Source: Patescibacteria group bacterium (GTDB lineage: Bacteria; Patescibacteriota; Minisyncoccia; Phycocordibacterales; UBA918). Taken from it: DNA of 64,000 bases. Below are positions 38,931-49,561 of this stretch, in pieces (position 1 is the first letter of the stretch; every line of letters starts with the position of its first letter). The position numbers and the translations under genes are program-made. The stretch spans positions 157,844 through 221,843 of the forward strand of contig JBBTRC010000010.1 in the NCBI GenBank assembly GCA_038065355.1. Direction: 5' to 3'. The notes below the pieces were generated by a model, which made no database searches, was not told the DNA's origin, and saw only the letters and a program-made list of their open reading frames with translations.

Positions 38931-40295
38931 ATGGCAACCTTAGGTTTTTACGGAGGAGTTGGTTCGGTCACGGGGGCGAATTTCATGCTTGATACTGGAA
39001 AGCTAGCTCTCCTGGTTGACTGCGGACTTGAACAGGGAAATGACTTTGCTGGCAACAGCAACGCAAAGGCGTTTGTGTATGATCCGGCGGCGGTTGACGT
39101 ACTTCTAGTGACGCACGCCCACGCTGACCATATCGGCCGGATTCCCAAGCTCGTCCGCGACGGCTTTAAGGGAGTAATTTACTCAACCCCGCCAACCAAA
39201 GAACTCTGCCGTATCATGTTTGACGACGCGCTCCACATCATGGAGTACGAGGCCAAGCGTGATAAGCGTGAGCCGCTCTTTGGCGCCGCTGATATCGACC
39301 GTGCACTCTCGCTCTGGCAAACCAAGCCGTACCGAGAGCCTTTTAGTGTCGGCGATGGCATCACGGCCGAACTGTACAACGCCGGACACATTCTTGGTTC
39401 AGCCTTTTTCGAACTAACGCGCGGAGACAAAAAAATCGTCTTTACCGGCGACATCGGCAACACCCCACAGCCGCTTCTTTCGCCGCCCGATATTCCAAAA
39501 GAGTATGACTATCTCTTGATGGAAAGTGTCTACGGTGACCGCGTACACGAGGAAGTCGATGAACGAACGGCGCTTCTTCAGCACCACATTGAAGACGCGA
39601 TTGCGAAGCAGGGAACTCTCATTATTCCAGCCTTTTCACTGGAGCGTACGCAAGGCATGTTGTTTGAAATTAACAATCTCGTTGAGTCCGGCGCCATTCC
39701 GCCGATTAAAACGTATCTCGACTCTCCGCTCGCGATTCGCGTGACTGACGTCTACCGACATTCGCTCTCGTATTTGAAAACCGAAGTGCAGGAGCAGATC
39801 AACGCCGGCGATGATATTTTCTCGTTTGAGGGCCTCTCTTTTACCGAAACGGTCAAAGAATCAAATCAGATTGCTCGCTTCGGCGGCCCGAAAATAATCA
39901 TCGCCGGCTCGGGCATGAGTCACGGCGGGCGGATTCGCGAGCACGAAAAACAATTTCTCGACGACCCGCGCACCACCGTGCTTCTGGTCGGCTACCAAGC
40001 AGTCGGTGGTGTCGGCCGATTGCTCCAAGACGGAGCCAAGCAGGTATGGATTGATGGAGTGAGCGTGCGTGTCAAAGCCAAAATCGCGATGATCAGAGGC
40101 TATTCAGGCCACGCCGACCGCAACCAGCTCATCGACTTTGTGTATGCCGGCACCGAAAAGAAAAAGCCGAAACAGGTGTTTGTGACCATGGGCGAAGAGC
40201 GCTCCTCACTTTTCCTCACCCAACGCCTACGTGACTATCTGGGTGTGAACGCCATCGCTCCCGAAGCCAATGCTGAAATTGAGATCGATTTTTAA
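38931..40295 (+). CDS. beta-CASP metallo-beta-lactamase-fold ribonuclease
   Basis: THAHADHIG, AGHILGS, FTGD, MESVYG, AGSGM, YSGHAD. Confidence 0.92.
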   Translation: MATLGFYGGVGSVTGANFMLDTGKLALLVDCGLEQGNDFAGNSNAKAFVYDPAAVDVLLVTHAHADHIGRIPKLVRDGFKGVIYSTPPTKELCRIMFDDALHIMEYEAKRDKREPLFGAADIDRALSLWQTKPYREPFSVGDGITAELYNAGHILGSAFFELTRGDKKIVFTGDIGNTPQPLLSPPDIPKEYDYLLMESVYGDRVHEEVDERTALLQHHIEDAIAKQGTLIIPAFSLERTQGMLFEINNLVESGAIPPIKTYLDSPLAIRVTDVYRHSLSYLKTEVQEQINAGDDIFSFEGLSFTETVKESNQIARFGGPKIIIAGSGMSHGGRIREHEKQFLDDPRTTVLLVGYQAVGGVGRLLQDGAKQVWIDGVSVRVKAKIAMIRGYSGHADRNQLIDFVYAGTEKKKPKQVFVTMGEERSSLFLTQRLRDYLGVNAIAPEANAEIEIDF

Positions 40296-40296
40296 C

Positions 40297-40968
40297 ATGG
40301 AAAAAGAGCAACAAATACGAAGTGGAATCGTTTGGGTTGTTTCTGGACTACTTACAGTTTCGTATGGCGGTATCGGTCTGCTCGGCTACCAACTTCCAGG
40401 CGTCGAACAGTTGGTGAAGCTGTTGTCACAGGTTGAGGGTTGGCAGATTTATTTGGCAGCCTCGATTTCGATATTCATTGAAGGTTTGTATTTTCTAAGT
40501 AGTCTATTTCCGGGTACCACCATTATTATGTTGTTGGCTATTTTCTCTCAGACATTCAGCTGGATTTCTTTTGCTCTGACTATCGTTTTTATTTTTATTG
40601 GATGGTGTGCCGCAAGTTTTGCCAACGTATGGTTCGCAAAATTTTATGGAGTAAAAGTGCTGAAAAACAAATCATCCAAAGTGGATGTGAGCAACAATAT
40701 TTTGATATCATGGTTTCCAGTTTTTCGAGCGACACAAGAAGTAGCCGAGATTGTTGCCGGCCGCGGTGTTCTCGAAGTTTTGCATTCAACATTTATCATA
40801 AAATTCTGGGCTAGTGTCGGAGCAACAGTCTATCTAGTCTGGTTCATTTTACTCTTTGACATTCCCCAGATGAATAACGAGGAAGGTTTCATATCCCTTT
40901 TATTCTTTGGCATTGTTTCTATCGGTGTTGGGTGCTTTGAAATTTATAAAGCAAAAAAATTGCCGTGA
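40297..40968 (+). CDS. DedA-like membrane protein
   Basis: IFIEGLYFLSSLFPGT motif, multiple TM. Confidence 0.6.
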   Translation: MEKEQQIRSGIVWVVSGLLTVSYGGIGLLGYQLPGVEQLVKLLSQVEGWQIYLAASISIFIEGLYFLSSLFPGTTIIMLLAIFSQTFSWISFALTIVFIFIGWCAASFANVWFAKFYGVKVLKNKSSKVDVSNNILISWFPVFRATQEVAEIVAGRGVLEVLHSTFIIKFWASVGATVYLVWFILLFDIPQMNNEEGFISLLFFGIVSIGVGCFEIYKAKKLP

Positions 40969-41000
40969 GCTTTAGCTCACGGCAATTTTTCGCGTGAAGT

Positions 41001-41348
41001 TTATTTTGCTATTTCAGCCACTACCCGATTGAAGGCTTCCGGCTTTTCTACGGCGAGAATCGCCAGTACCTTGCGGTCGAGGGTAATACCCTTATCCTTG
41101 AGCATTTTGATGAAGCGGCTGTACTTGACGCCATGAGGAGTGAGTGCCGCGTTGATGCGCACTGTCCACAAACGGCGGAAATCGCCCTTTTTATTCTTGC
41201 GGTGATCAAACGCATGCGACTGCGCATGATAGATAGCGTCGCGAGCCGCGCGCTTCTTTTTTGAGCGCTGGATGCGGTATCCCTTTACTTCGTCGAGGAT
41301 ATTGCGTCGGCGTTTTTGGGCCATCAGGCCTCCTTTTACACGTGCCAT
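41001..41348 (-). CDS. rplT: 50S ribosomal protein L20
   Basis: MARVKGG, FRRLWTVRINAA, LDRKVLA. Confidence 0.98.
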   Translation of the reverse strand: MARVKGGLMAQKRRRNILDEVKGYRIQRSKKKRAARDAIYHAQSHAFDHRKNKKGDFRRLWTVRINAALTPHGVKYSRFIKMLKDKGITLDRKVLAILAVEKPEAFNRVVAEIAK

Positions 41349-41510
41349 ATGTATTGAGTAATTATTGGTGAGTTCGGTTTTGTAAGTTGATTAGGTTTCA
41401 AAATTTGCTGTAGCTACAGGGCGCGTGAGGAAATATTCATGAGGTGTACTTGGCGTACAGTGAATGAATATTTCCGAAACGCAACGACGTAGATGCAGCA
41501 ATTTTAAAAT

Positions 41511-41702
41511 CTAAGCGCCGGTGCCAGGCAAAAAACGACGAGTGATCCGCTTGCTCATGGTAAGAGACTGCGCGCGCTTGCGGCGAAGTCGTTGCCGGCC
41601 GGTCTGACGAGCGTTAAAGTGGTTTTGTCCTTGGCGACGCGCGACAAGCTTGCCGTTTTTGGTCACTTTAATGCGCTTGGTGAATGATTTGTTTGTTTTC
41701 AT
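41511..41702 (-). CDS. rpmI: 50S ribosomal protein L35
   Basis: MKTNKSFTKRIKVTKNGK; synteny infC-rpmI-rplT. Confidence 0.93.
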   Translation of the reverse strand: MKTNKSFTKRIKVTKNGKLVARRQGQNHFNARQTGRQRLRRKRAQSLTMSKRITRRFLPGTGA

Positions 41703-41800
41703 AGTAAAAATGGGATGATCGGGCATTGCCAAGAGAAGCGGCAAAGTGGCAAGAATATACCGTATTTATGGTTTTTTATCAAGTTTTAAGCTCTTGGCCT

Positions 41801-42472
41801 CTACACCATGCCGGCGTCGAGGAGCTCATCGAGAGACTTCTTTTTTGATTTCTGTTCTGAGGGTACGGACGGCTTGTCTGTCGATTTTTCTGGCGTTTCG
41901 GCGGCTACTTTTTGCTTTTGTGGTTTACTGCCAGCTACTCGTTCAAGCGTAGTGCTAAAGCCTTTTGGACTCTTTTTTACCGGATCAGCCACTTTATATT
42001 CGGTTGGAATGATCTTTAGAAAACGGTCTAAGCGCTCTTTAAGAAATCCTTCCTCCATGTATTTATAGCGACCCCAGAGGAAGAGATCAATCTTGACGCG
42101 GTGGCCTTCTTCGAGCCACTCGGCGATTCGCTTGGCCTTGAGCAGTTGGTCGTGCTCGCCGGTGCCGATTTTTACCTGCACGCTTTTGGTTTCGGTGACG
42201 TGCGATTTAGCTTTCACTTCACGTGCTTTTCGGCCAGTCTCGTACCGATATTTGCCGTAGTCCATGATCTTGGCGACGGGTGGGGTGGCAGTCGGAGAAA
42301 TTTCTATCAGGTCAAGTTTAAATTCCTCGGCCTTTTTGAGCGCCTCTGCCAGTTTGAGCGTACCAAGGTTGTCGCCATGAGGGCCGATGACACGGAGTTC
42401 TGGTGCTTTGATAGCATGGTTAATTTTTGTTCGTGTGTCTTTCCCCCCGCTCGCCCGATATGGTGTTCGCAA
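41801..42472 (-). CDS. infC: translation initiation factor IF-3 (non-ATG start)
   Basis: LDLIEISP..PPVAKIMDYGKYRYE; no in-frame ATG at the N-terminus, so TTG or ATT start. Confidence 0.95.
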   Translation of the reverse strand: MRTPYRASGGKDTRTKINHAIKAPELRVIGPHGDNLGTLKLAEALKKAEEFKLDLIEISPTATPPVAKIMDYGKYRYETGRKAREVKAKSHVTETKSVQVKIGTGEHDQLLKAKRIAEWLEEGHRVKIDLFLWGRYKYMEEGFLKERLDRFLKIIPTEYKVADPVKKSPKGFSTTLERVAGSKPQKQKVAAETPEKSTDKPSVPSEQKSKKKSLDELLDAGMV

Positions 42473-42565
42473 ATTTGTGTGGCTTATGATGTAAGGCAGG
42501 ACAGCCCGTGTATGCTGTCGTGTTGACCAAAATGTACCACACCGCCGTTGGTTTGCAAGAGATTT

Positions 42566-43576
42566 CTAACCTTGTGCGGGCGTGACAGCCTTTCGCTCGC
42601 GTAAGGAAGAACGGTAGGCGAGGCCAACAAAGACGAGGCCGACGAGACCAGTGATGATTTCCGGCACATGGACAACGAGGCTCGCGAGCATGGCGGCCGC
42701 CAGCCCAAAAATAGCCCAGTGCGCGCCGTGCTCGAGGTAGACGAGTTCGGTGAGCGTTTTTGCCCGCACAAAGTAGAGCGTGAGTGCCCGCACAAAGTAG
42801 GCGCCAATGCCGAGTCCCACCACTATGATGAGGAGGTTGTTGGTGAGCGCGAATGCACCAACGACGCCGTCGAGCGAGAAGGCCGAGTCGAGAATGTTCA
42901 GGTACACAAAGAGCGCGAGGCCGGCACCAGCAATGTCTTTTGATTCAATTGAAAGCGAGCCAGCAACTCCTTCCATAATGATGAAGAGTACGAGGCCGAT
43001 GATACCAGCGATGATCACCCCCACCTGATCGTAGTTGGTAAAAAAGGAGAGTGTCGCGAGCAATATAAGTGCGAGCGCGATTTCGACCGCTTCAAACCGT
43101 CCCCATTTCACGAGGTGGCGTTCAATAGCGGCGATCCAATGTCGCTCTTTAGCTTTATTAAAAAAGTACTTGAGTGCGACCATGAACAAGAAAATTCCGC
43201 CGAAAGCGGCAATCGATCCCTGCACCCCTTCAAGAAGACGACCGTACTCAGCGGCGTCGGTGAAGGCGAGAAGAGTCACCTGCCACGGCGACTTAAAAAC
43301 AGCCACGCTCACTATAAGAATCGGCAAGATGAAGCGCGTCCCAAAGACCGCAATCGCGATACCCCAGGTAAGAAAACGACGTTGCCAGCGCTCGCTCATG
43401 CGTTCGAGCACTTTCGCGTTGACAACGGCGTTGTCGAAGGAGAGAGTCACCTCCAACACCGACAAAATAATGACGAGAAAGAAGGCTTGAATACCGACGT
43501 AGTACCACACCACCGCACAGGCAATGAACGACAGCACAACCGGCCAAATAAAAAATGAATAGACGCTATTTTTCAT
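42566..43576 (-). CDS. DUF475 / TerC-like membrane protein
   Basis: LEVTLSFDNAVVNA, LDSAFSLDGVVGAFA, YLEHGAHWAI. Confidence 0.9.
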   Translation of the reverse strand: MKNSVYSFFIWPVVLSFIACAVVWYYVGIQAFFLVIILSVLEVTLSFDNAVVNAKVLERMSERWQRRFLTWGIAIAVFGTRFILPILIVSVAVFKSPWQVTLLAFTDAAEYGRLLEGVQGSIAAFGGIFLFMVALKYFFNKAKERHWIAAIERHLVKWGRFEAVEIALALILLATLSFFTNYDQVGVIIAGIIGLVLFIIMEGVAGSLSIESKDIAGAGLALFVYLNILDSAFSLDGVVGAFALTNNLLIIVVGLGIGAYFVRALTLYFVRAKTLTELVYLEHGAHWAIFGLAAAMLASLVVHVPEIITGLVGLVFVGLAYRSSLRERKAVTPAQG

Positions 43577-43648
43577 GAGTGGATTGATCCAAGAAGCCGA
43601 AGCTTATACCTATGTCAACATTCTAGCAAATGGTACAATCAAAACCAC

Positions 43649-44230
43649 ATGAGTGACGAGACATCAGTAGCAAAAAAGCCAAAACGAGCACCTCGTCGGC
43701 CGTCGGCAACGCGTGTCCGCAAAATAACTGCCGAGCAACCGGCGGTGCGCGAGTCTGAAGTGGAAACTTTGCCAAGAGAGAGTGGGCGGAAAGCGCCGAC
43801 ACCGATGGCGCGCGAGCGTGCGAGCTCGCGTCGACAACGCAATCATATTGTGGTGGCGATAATCGTCTTCCTCCTCGGTGTCGGCGCTTCAGCTGCTGTC
43901 GGCGTGACCGACGAGGGCCGCATTGACGTGATAAAAGCGATCGAAGAACGCAATGAGCGCATTCGCGCCAACACGCCAGATGCGCGTGACTCAGGCACCC
44001 CGACGGACATTGTCGTGCCGGTGCAAAACACCAACCGCGGTCCGGCTCTGGTGCCGCTACCTGACGAACAGTTACCACTAAGAGAGACGAACAGCTCTTC
44101 AACCGCGAGCAGTACCACCAGAACAGACGAAGTAGCCTCAAGCACCGAAGCGACAACCACCACTTCAACAGACGTCGAACCAGTCTTTGTCACTGATCCA
44201 TTTGAACCGGTCGTTGAACCTACGAATTAG
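43649..44230 (+). CDS. hypothetical single-pass membrane protein with S/T-rich tail
   Basis: Basic N-terminus, one TM, low-complexity C-terminus. Confidence 0.7.
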   Translation: MSDETSVAKKPKRAPRRPSATRVRKITAEQPAVRESEVETLPRESGRKAPTPMARERASSRRQRNHIVVAIIVFLLGVGASAAVGVTDEGRIDVIKAIEERNERIRANTPDARDSGTPTDIVVPVQNTNRGPALVPLPDEQLPLRETNSSSTASSTTRTDEVASSTEATTTTSTDVEPVFVTDPFEPVVEPTN

Positions 44231-44637
44231 TTTTTGGATGCTTGTGTCCGCGCCGGAATTTTACAATTTTCACAACGGCAGCCAAGCGGATAAATATATT
44301 CTTTGCAGTAGGTGGTGCCGTAATCGTAGGTCAGTTCCTCGCCGGGCAGAATTTTCTTTTTGGCGTAAATAAAAACTCGTCGCGCCCGCTCGTCAACTTC
44401 AGGGTAGCAGTTCGGTGTACAGCTGTGGTTGATGTAGCGCGCGAGGTTCTTTCTGTCCTTGCCGTCGATGGTCCACCTGGTATTGATTTCAAATAAATAT
44501 TTACCGCCACGCCGATTGGCTTCGTCTTCAGAAATACGTTCTCCGATGTATTCTGCCACCAGTTCTCCTCGTTTAAATACATCATTGGCAAAAAGACCAA
44601 GACCGGCTCGACTTTTTTTAACTCGTACGCGTGACAT
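44227..44637 (-). CDS. SET-domain lysine methyltransferase
   Basis: GLGLFA, EYIGE, ARYINHSCTPN, EELTYDYG, post-SET CRCENC. Confidence 0.93.
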   Translation of the reverse strand: MSRVRVKKSRAGLGLFANDVFKRGELVAEYIGERISEDEANRRGGKYLFEINTRWTIDGKDRKNLARYINHSCTPNCYPEVDERARRVFIYAKKKILPGEELTYDYGTTYCKEYIYPLGCRCENCKIPARTQASKN

Positions 44638-44715
44638 GCCGGAGAGTATAACAGACTCGTCTCTTTACACAGAGTTTTTATAACAAGTGCCTAAAAACTT
44701 GTTAGAATACTTACA

Positions 44716-47070
44716 ATGAGCCATGTTCTTGAGAAGTTCCTTCGGGCTACCAACTATCTCTCAGCTGCACAAATTTATCTGCAGGATAATTTTTTGTTGC
44801 AGGAACCTCTTCGAACCGAACACATTAAGCCAAGACTTCTCGGTCACTGGGGCACCTGTCCGGGCATCAATTTCACTTACGCCCACCTCAATCGCGCCAT
44901 CATTGCGCATGACCTCGAGATGCTGTTTGTGCTCGGGCCCGGTCACGGCTTTCCGGCTGTGCAAGCCAACTTATTCTTAGAAGGAACTCTCTCGAAATAC
45001 GTCCCCAAAGTGCCACACACGACCGAAGGTATCGCCTACCTGACCAAACAGTTTAGTTGGCCATACGGTTTCCCGAGCCACAGCAACCCGGAAGCGCCAG
45101 GGGTGATTCTTGAAGGTGGCGAGCTTGGCTACGCACTTTCTACCGCCTACGGCGCCGCCCTCGACAACCCCAACCTCATCGTCGCGTGTCTTATTGGCGA
45201 CGGAGAAGCCGAAACTGGCCCAACAGCCGCCGCCTGGCATTTAAACAAACTTCTTGATCCTAGTCAGAACGGTGCGGTCTTGCCGATACTGCATCTTAAT
45301 GGCTACAAAATTTCCGGCCCGACTGTTTTTGGCCGCATGAACGACGACGAGCTCACCGCTCTTTTTTATGGCTACGGGTACGAACCGCACATTGTGGACG
45401 CCTACACTGAAGAAGATGTGCATGGTCGGATGATGGCGGTCTTAGACGCGGCGGTCGAGGCTATCCGCTTTACACAACACTGCACCCGCGAGGGCACCCT
45501 CCACGAAACACCCCGCTGGCCGATGATTATTTTGCGCACGCCGAAAGGTTGGCATAGCATCGACTACATTGGTGAGAAAAAAATCGAAGACAATCACTAC
45601 GCCCACCAGGTAATTGCTGACAATGCGAAGCATGACGAAGGCGAGCGCGCGCAACTCGAAGCCTGGCTTCGATCATACAAATTTGAAGAACTCTTTGACG
45701 GTGAAAAATTTGACGCTGACATTCAGTCACTGATACCGCGAGAGGGACATAAAATGGGTGATAGCCGTCACGCGTTTGGCGGTGATCCTGTCTACCACCC
45801 GCTCACGCTTCCGCCACTTGAAAATTATTGTAGTACCAGTACGTGCGACCTTACCGATGCTATTTGCGGCACCGAGAGCGGCATGGAGAAAATCGGCGCG
45901 TACTTGCGGGACACCATGAGGGCGAATGAAGCACACCGCAACCTCCGCCTCATGTCACCTGACGAAACGTACTCCAACAAGTTGCAGGCAGTCTTTGAAC
46001 ACACCAAACGCGCGTTCGTCTGGCCGCACAAACCTTGGGATAAAGATTTGGCTTGGGATGGTCGAGTGCTGGAAATACTATCTGAACACAGTCTCCAAGG
46101 TCTCTTGCAAGGCTATGTGCTGACCGGCCGACACGGCGTATTTGTGTCGTACGAAGCCTTTATACAAATTGTAGCCAGCATGACCGATCAGTACGCCAAA
46201 TTTTTGAAAATTGCCCGCGATGTAAAGTGGCGCGGCACCATCGCCTCGCTCAACTACATCCTCACCTCAACTGGTTGGCGTCAGGAACACAACGGTTTTT
46301 CACATCAAAATCCCGGTTTTATCGACGGCATTTTGCAGCGGCAGGGCTGCTTCACCAACGTGTATTTTCCGGCTGATGCCAACACCGCGCTGGTGGCCTT
46401 CAAACGCATGCTGTTATCCACCAAAGAAATCAATGTCATGGTCGCTGAGAAGCGAGCGTTGCCGGTCTGGCGCACTCTCGCTGAAGCGCGAAAGGACGTC
46501 GAGGACGGCGTGTCAATTTGGGAGTTTGCCAGCGACGAGGATCCCCAAGTGGTATTTGCGGCGGCGGGCGACTATCCGACACAGGAAGCGCTGGCCGCTA
46601 TCAGTCTGGTGCGCAAGTATGCACCGGCTATTCGTCTCCGCTTCGTAAATATCACCTCGCTCTCAGCACTCGGTATCGGACACTCTTCGTGTCGGGTACT
46701 TCGACATGATTTTGTGTACTACTTCACCGAGAAACAACCGGTTATTATAAATTTCCACGGCTACCCACAGACCATCAAGCAGGTTCTTTTTGATTACGCC
46801 GAAGATGCCCGTCGCTTTTCCATTCATGGATATGAGGAAGCCGGCTCCACTACCACACCTTTTGACATGATGGTGCGCAACCGTGTCGATCGCTTCCACC
46901 TGGCGATGGAGGCGTTCACGCGCGCGGCGGAACACGGAGTTATTAAAATGGAGTTGGCCAAAAAATTAGTCGCCGATTTTGAAGCACAGCTGGAAGTGTA
47001 CAAAGCGTACGTCATGGAGCATGGCGATGATCCAAAAGAAATAACCAACTGGATATGGGAACCACGCTAG
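44716..47070 (+). CDS. xfp: phosphoketolase (Xfp/Xpk family)
   Basis: LGHWGTCPG, GPGHG, EGGELGY, GDGEAETGP, LSEH, WRQEHNGFSHQ. Confidence 0.96.
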   Translation: MSHVLEKFLRATNYLSAAQIYLQDNFLLQEPLRTEHIKPRLLGHWGTCPGINFTYAHLNRAIIAHDLEMLFVLGPGHGFPAVQANLFLEGTLSKYVPKVPHTTEGIAYLTKQFSWPYGFPSHSNPEAPGVILEGGELGYALSTAYGAALDNPNLIVACLIGDGEAETGPTAAAWHLNKLLDPSQNGAVLPILHLNGYKISGPTVFGRMNDDELTALFYGYGYEPHIVDAYTEEDVHGRMMAVLDAAVEAIRFTQHCTREGTLHETPRWPMIILRTPKGWHSIDYIGEKKIEDNHYAHQVIADNAKHDEGERAQLEAWLRSYKFEELFDGEKFDADIQSLIPREGHKMGDSRHAFGGDPVYHPLTLPPLENYCSTSTCDLTDAICGTESGMEKIGAYLRDTMRANEAHRNLRLMSPDETYSNKLQAVFEHTKRAFVWPHKPWDKDLAWDGRVLEILSEHSLQGLLQGYVLTGRHGVFVSYEAFIQIVASMTDQYAKFLKIARDVKWRGTIASLNYILTSTGWRQEHNGFSHQNPGFIDGILQRQGCFTNVYFPADANTALVAFKRMLLSTKEINVMVAEKRALPVWRTLAEARKDVEDGVSIWEFASDEDPQVVFAAAGDYPTQEALAAISLVRKYAPAIRLRFVNITSLSALGIGHSSCRVLRHDFVYYFTEKQPVIINFHGYPQTIKQVLFDYAEDARRFSIHGYEEAGSTTTPFDMMVRNRVDRFHLAMEAFTRAAEHGVIKMELAKKLVADFEAQLEVYKAYVMEHGDDPKEITNWIWEPR

Positions 47071-48233
47071 TCATTAATCCAGGCAGTTCGTCGCGCAAGT
47101 ACGCGCTTTTTCACGACCGTAAATCGGTGGTAGAACTCCGCTACGAAGCGACCAACATCGGCTTTGAAATGTGCGCCAGCGGCACGAACAGCCAGCAGGT
47201 TTGCTCAGCTATCAGCCGAGAAGATTTTGCGTCAGCCTTTGATCGAGTGGCCGCAGAAGTAAAAAACTACCTGCAAAAAGACCGACGCCAGCTCGACACC
47301 GTCTGTATTCGTATCGTCGCACCAGGTACGGCCTTTCAAAAACACCAGCGTATCGACGACGCGTACCTCACTGCCTTGCGGCAGAGAGAGTCGGCCGCGC
47401 CGCTCCATATCCCGACCATTCTGCTCGAAATCCAGCGCATCAGAAAACATTTTCCGACCGTCAAAATGGTAGCCGCTTCTGATAGTGCGTTTCACGCCAC
47501 CTTGCCAGAAGTGGCGCGCAATTTCAGTATTGATCGTTCCGATGCTGAAATATTTGATATCTATCGTTTTGGATTTCATGGATTGTCAGTCTCCTCCATC
47601 GTGCGTCGCGTACATGCGACGACCGGCGCCAACCCCGAACGCCTCATCGTCTGCCACATCGGCAACGGAGCCAGTGTCACCGCGGTCAAGGACGGCAAAA
47701 GCGTCGACACCACCATGGGCTTTTCACCAGCGAGCGGTCTGCCGATGGGGAGCCGAGCCGGCGACCTTGACCCTGAGGGGTTGCTCGAACTCATGCGTCT
47801 TAAGAATTTAAAAACCGCTGAAACTGAAGTGTACCTAAATACGCGCGGCGGACTCCAAGGACTGTCTGGCGATTCAGATATCAGACAATTGCTTGACCGG
47901 CGCACGAAAGGAGACGCCGTCGCGACGGGTGCGCTGGATCACTTTGCGTACCACGTACAAAAGGCCATCGCCTCGTTCACGGTGGCGCTCGGCGGACTCG
48001 ACATGGTGGTGTTGACTGGTACGGCCGCCGTTCGGAGTTCGGAGCTCCGCGCACTTCTTTTGGGGAAACTCGCACACCTTGGCATTGTGATTGACGAGGA
48101 TAAAAATCACGCCTTGGTAGGACAGGATGGAACGTGCAGCGTGCACAAATCCTCCGTGAAAGTGGTGGTGATGCGAACCGATGAAATGGGTGAAATGGCG
48201 GCCATCGTCGACTGCCTTAATCTCTCCAGCTAG
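47055..48233 (+). CDS. ackA: acetate kinase
   Basis: INPGSSS.KYALF, APLH, DSAFH, GFHGLS, HIGNGAS, MGSRAGDLDP. Confidence 0.9.
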   Translation: MGTTLVINPGSSSRKYALFHDRKSVVELRYEATNIGFEMCASGTNSQQVCSAISREDFASAFDRVAAEVKNYLQKDRRQLDTVCIRIVAPGTAFQKHQRIDDAYLTALRQRESAAPLHIPTILLEIQRIRKHFPTVKMVAASDSAFHATLPEVARNFSIDRSDAEIFDIYRFGFHGLSVSSIVRRVHATTGANPERLIVCHIGNGASVTAVKDGKSVDTTMGFSPASGLPMGSRAGDLDPEGLLELMRLKNLKTAETEVYLNTRGGLQGLSGDSDIRQLLDRRTKGDAVATGALDHFAYHVQKAIASFTVALGGLDMVVLTGTAAVRSSELRALLLGKLAHLGIVIDEDKNHALVGQDGTCSVHKSSVKVVVMRTDEMGEMAAIVDCLNLSS

Positions 48234-48241
48234 GTATCAGT

Positions 48242-49561
48242 ATGAAAAAACGCCCGAGAACACCGTCGAACTACGTGCCGCTTGTGCTGTCTGTGTTGGC
48301 GTTCACGTTGGTGCTCGCCGCACTCATTGCCGTCTTGATAGTAGTTGATAAGGAAACGGTCAATTTTGAATTATTTTTCCTCACTTTCGCTGGCGTTGCG
48401 AGCCTTCTTTTGGCGCGCATTGTGTACGACAAAACGTCGTTTCGTGATCGGGCAGCACGATTGGAGAAAGAAGAGGAGACCAAGGATACGTCAACCACAA
48501 AAAATATGTACACCGAGCTGTATCTCAACAGCCCAGTGCCGTATCTTATTATCGATCGGGACGGCTCGGTAGAATCAAGCAACGTCGCGGCTTTGCGGCT
48601 TTTTGGACTCACCCAAGAGAGCATCAAAGGAATTAATATTTTTACCAAACTGAGGAGCGGCGAGCCAAATCATTTGGATTTGGTGATTGAAAAGTTCCGC
48701 AGTGGCATTTCGACCAGTGACGAAATGGTCACGGTCAAACGGCCCGACAAAGCCGAGGCCTCCGCACTTTTGTCCCTCTACCGTATCGCGACTCTGCCAG
48801 TACAGCACCTCGGATTTCTTACGCTGGTTGACATCACGAAGCAAAAACAAGCCGAAGATGCGAAATCTCAGTTTGTGTCACTGGCTTCGCACCAACTCCG
48901 AACGCCAATCGCGGGCATGAAGTGGAGCGCGGAACTTCTTGAGATGGACACCTCCGCCACCCTCTCAACGACACAGCAAAAATATCTTGACCGCCTGCTC
49001 ATAAGCATTCAGCGCATGGCTGTGTTGGTCGACGACTTCTTGCGCGTGTCTCGCTTTGAACTCGGTAACTTCACACCTGAATACGCCAACGTCTCCCTGC
49101 TTCAATTACTGAAGGACACTATGGCTGAAGTAGCGCCGCGAGTAGCGCAAAAAAGAATCATTGTAAAAACTTTTTTTGATACAGATATTGACGACATCGT
49201 GACCGACCAAAACTTACTGCGCATGATTGTGTCCAATCTCTACACCAACGCCGTGAAGTACACCCGTGAGCGAGGAAGTATCCATGTCGGGTATGGACGA
49301 AAGGACGGTGACCTCATTATTTCAATCGCTGACAACGGCATGGGCATTCCAGTTGCAGATCAGGATAGGGTATTCAGTAAACTCTATCGAGCGTCGAATG
49401 CCGTCAGGGACGTACCGGATGGTACCGGACTCGGCCTCTACATTGTCAAACAAGCAGTTAAGGTGCTCGATGGCAACGTGACGTTTTCAAGCGTGGAAGG
49501 CGTCGGCACGACGTTTGAAGTGGTCCTGCCGTACGGAGTTGCACAAAAAAACAAATCCTAG
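48242..49561 (+). CDS. PAS-domain sensor histidine kinase
   Basis: 2 TM, PAS, H-box ASHQLRTP, N-box NAVKY, DNGMGI, GTGLGLYI. Confidence 0.95.
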   Translation: MKKRPRTPSNYVPLVLSVLAFTLVLAALIAVLIVVDKETVNFELFFLTFAGVASLLLARIVYDKTSFRDRAARLEKEEETKDTSTTKNMYTELYLNSPVPYLIIDRDGSVESSNVAALRLFGLTQESIKGINIFTKLRSGEPNHLDLVIEKFRSGISTSDEMVTVKRPDKAEASALLSLYRIATLPVQHLGFLTLVDITKQKQAEDAKSQFVSLASHQLRTPIAGMKWSAELLEMDTSATLSTTQQKYLDRLLISIQRMAVLVDDFLRVSRFELGNFTPEYANVSLLQLLKDTMAEVAPRVAQKRIIVKTFFDTDIDDIVTDQNLLRMIVSNLYTNAVKYTRERGSIHVGYGRKDGDLIISIADNGMGIPVADQDRVFSKLYRASNAVRDVPDGTGLGLYIVKQAVKVLDGNVTFSSVEGVGTTFEVVLPYGVAQKNKS

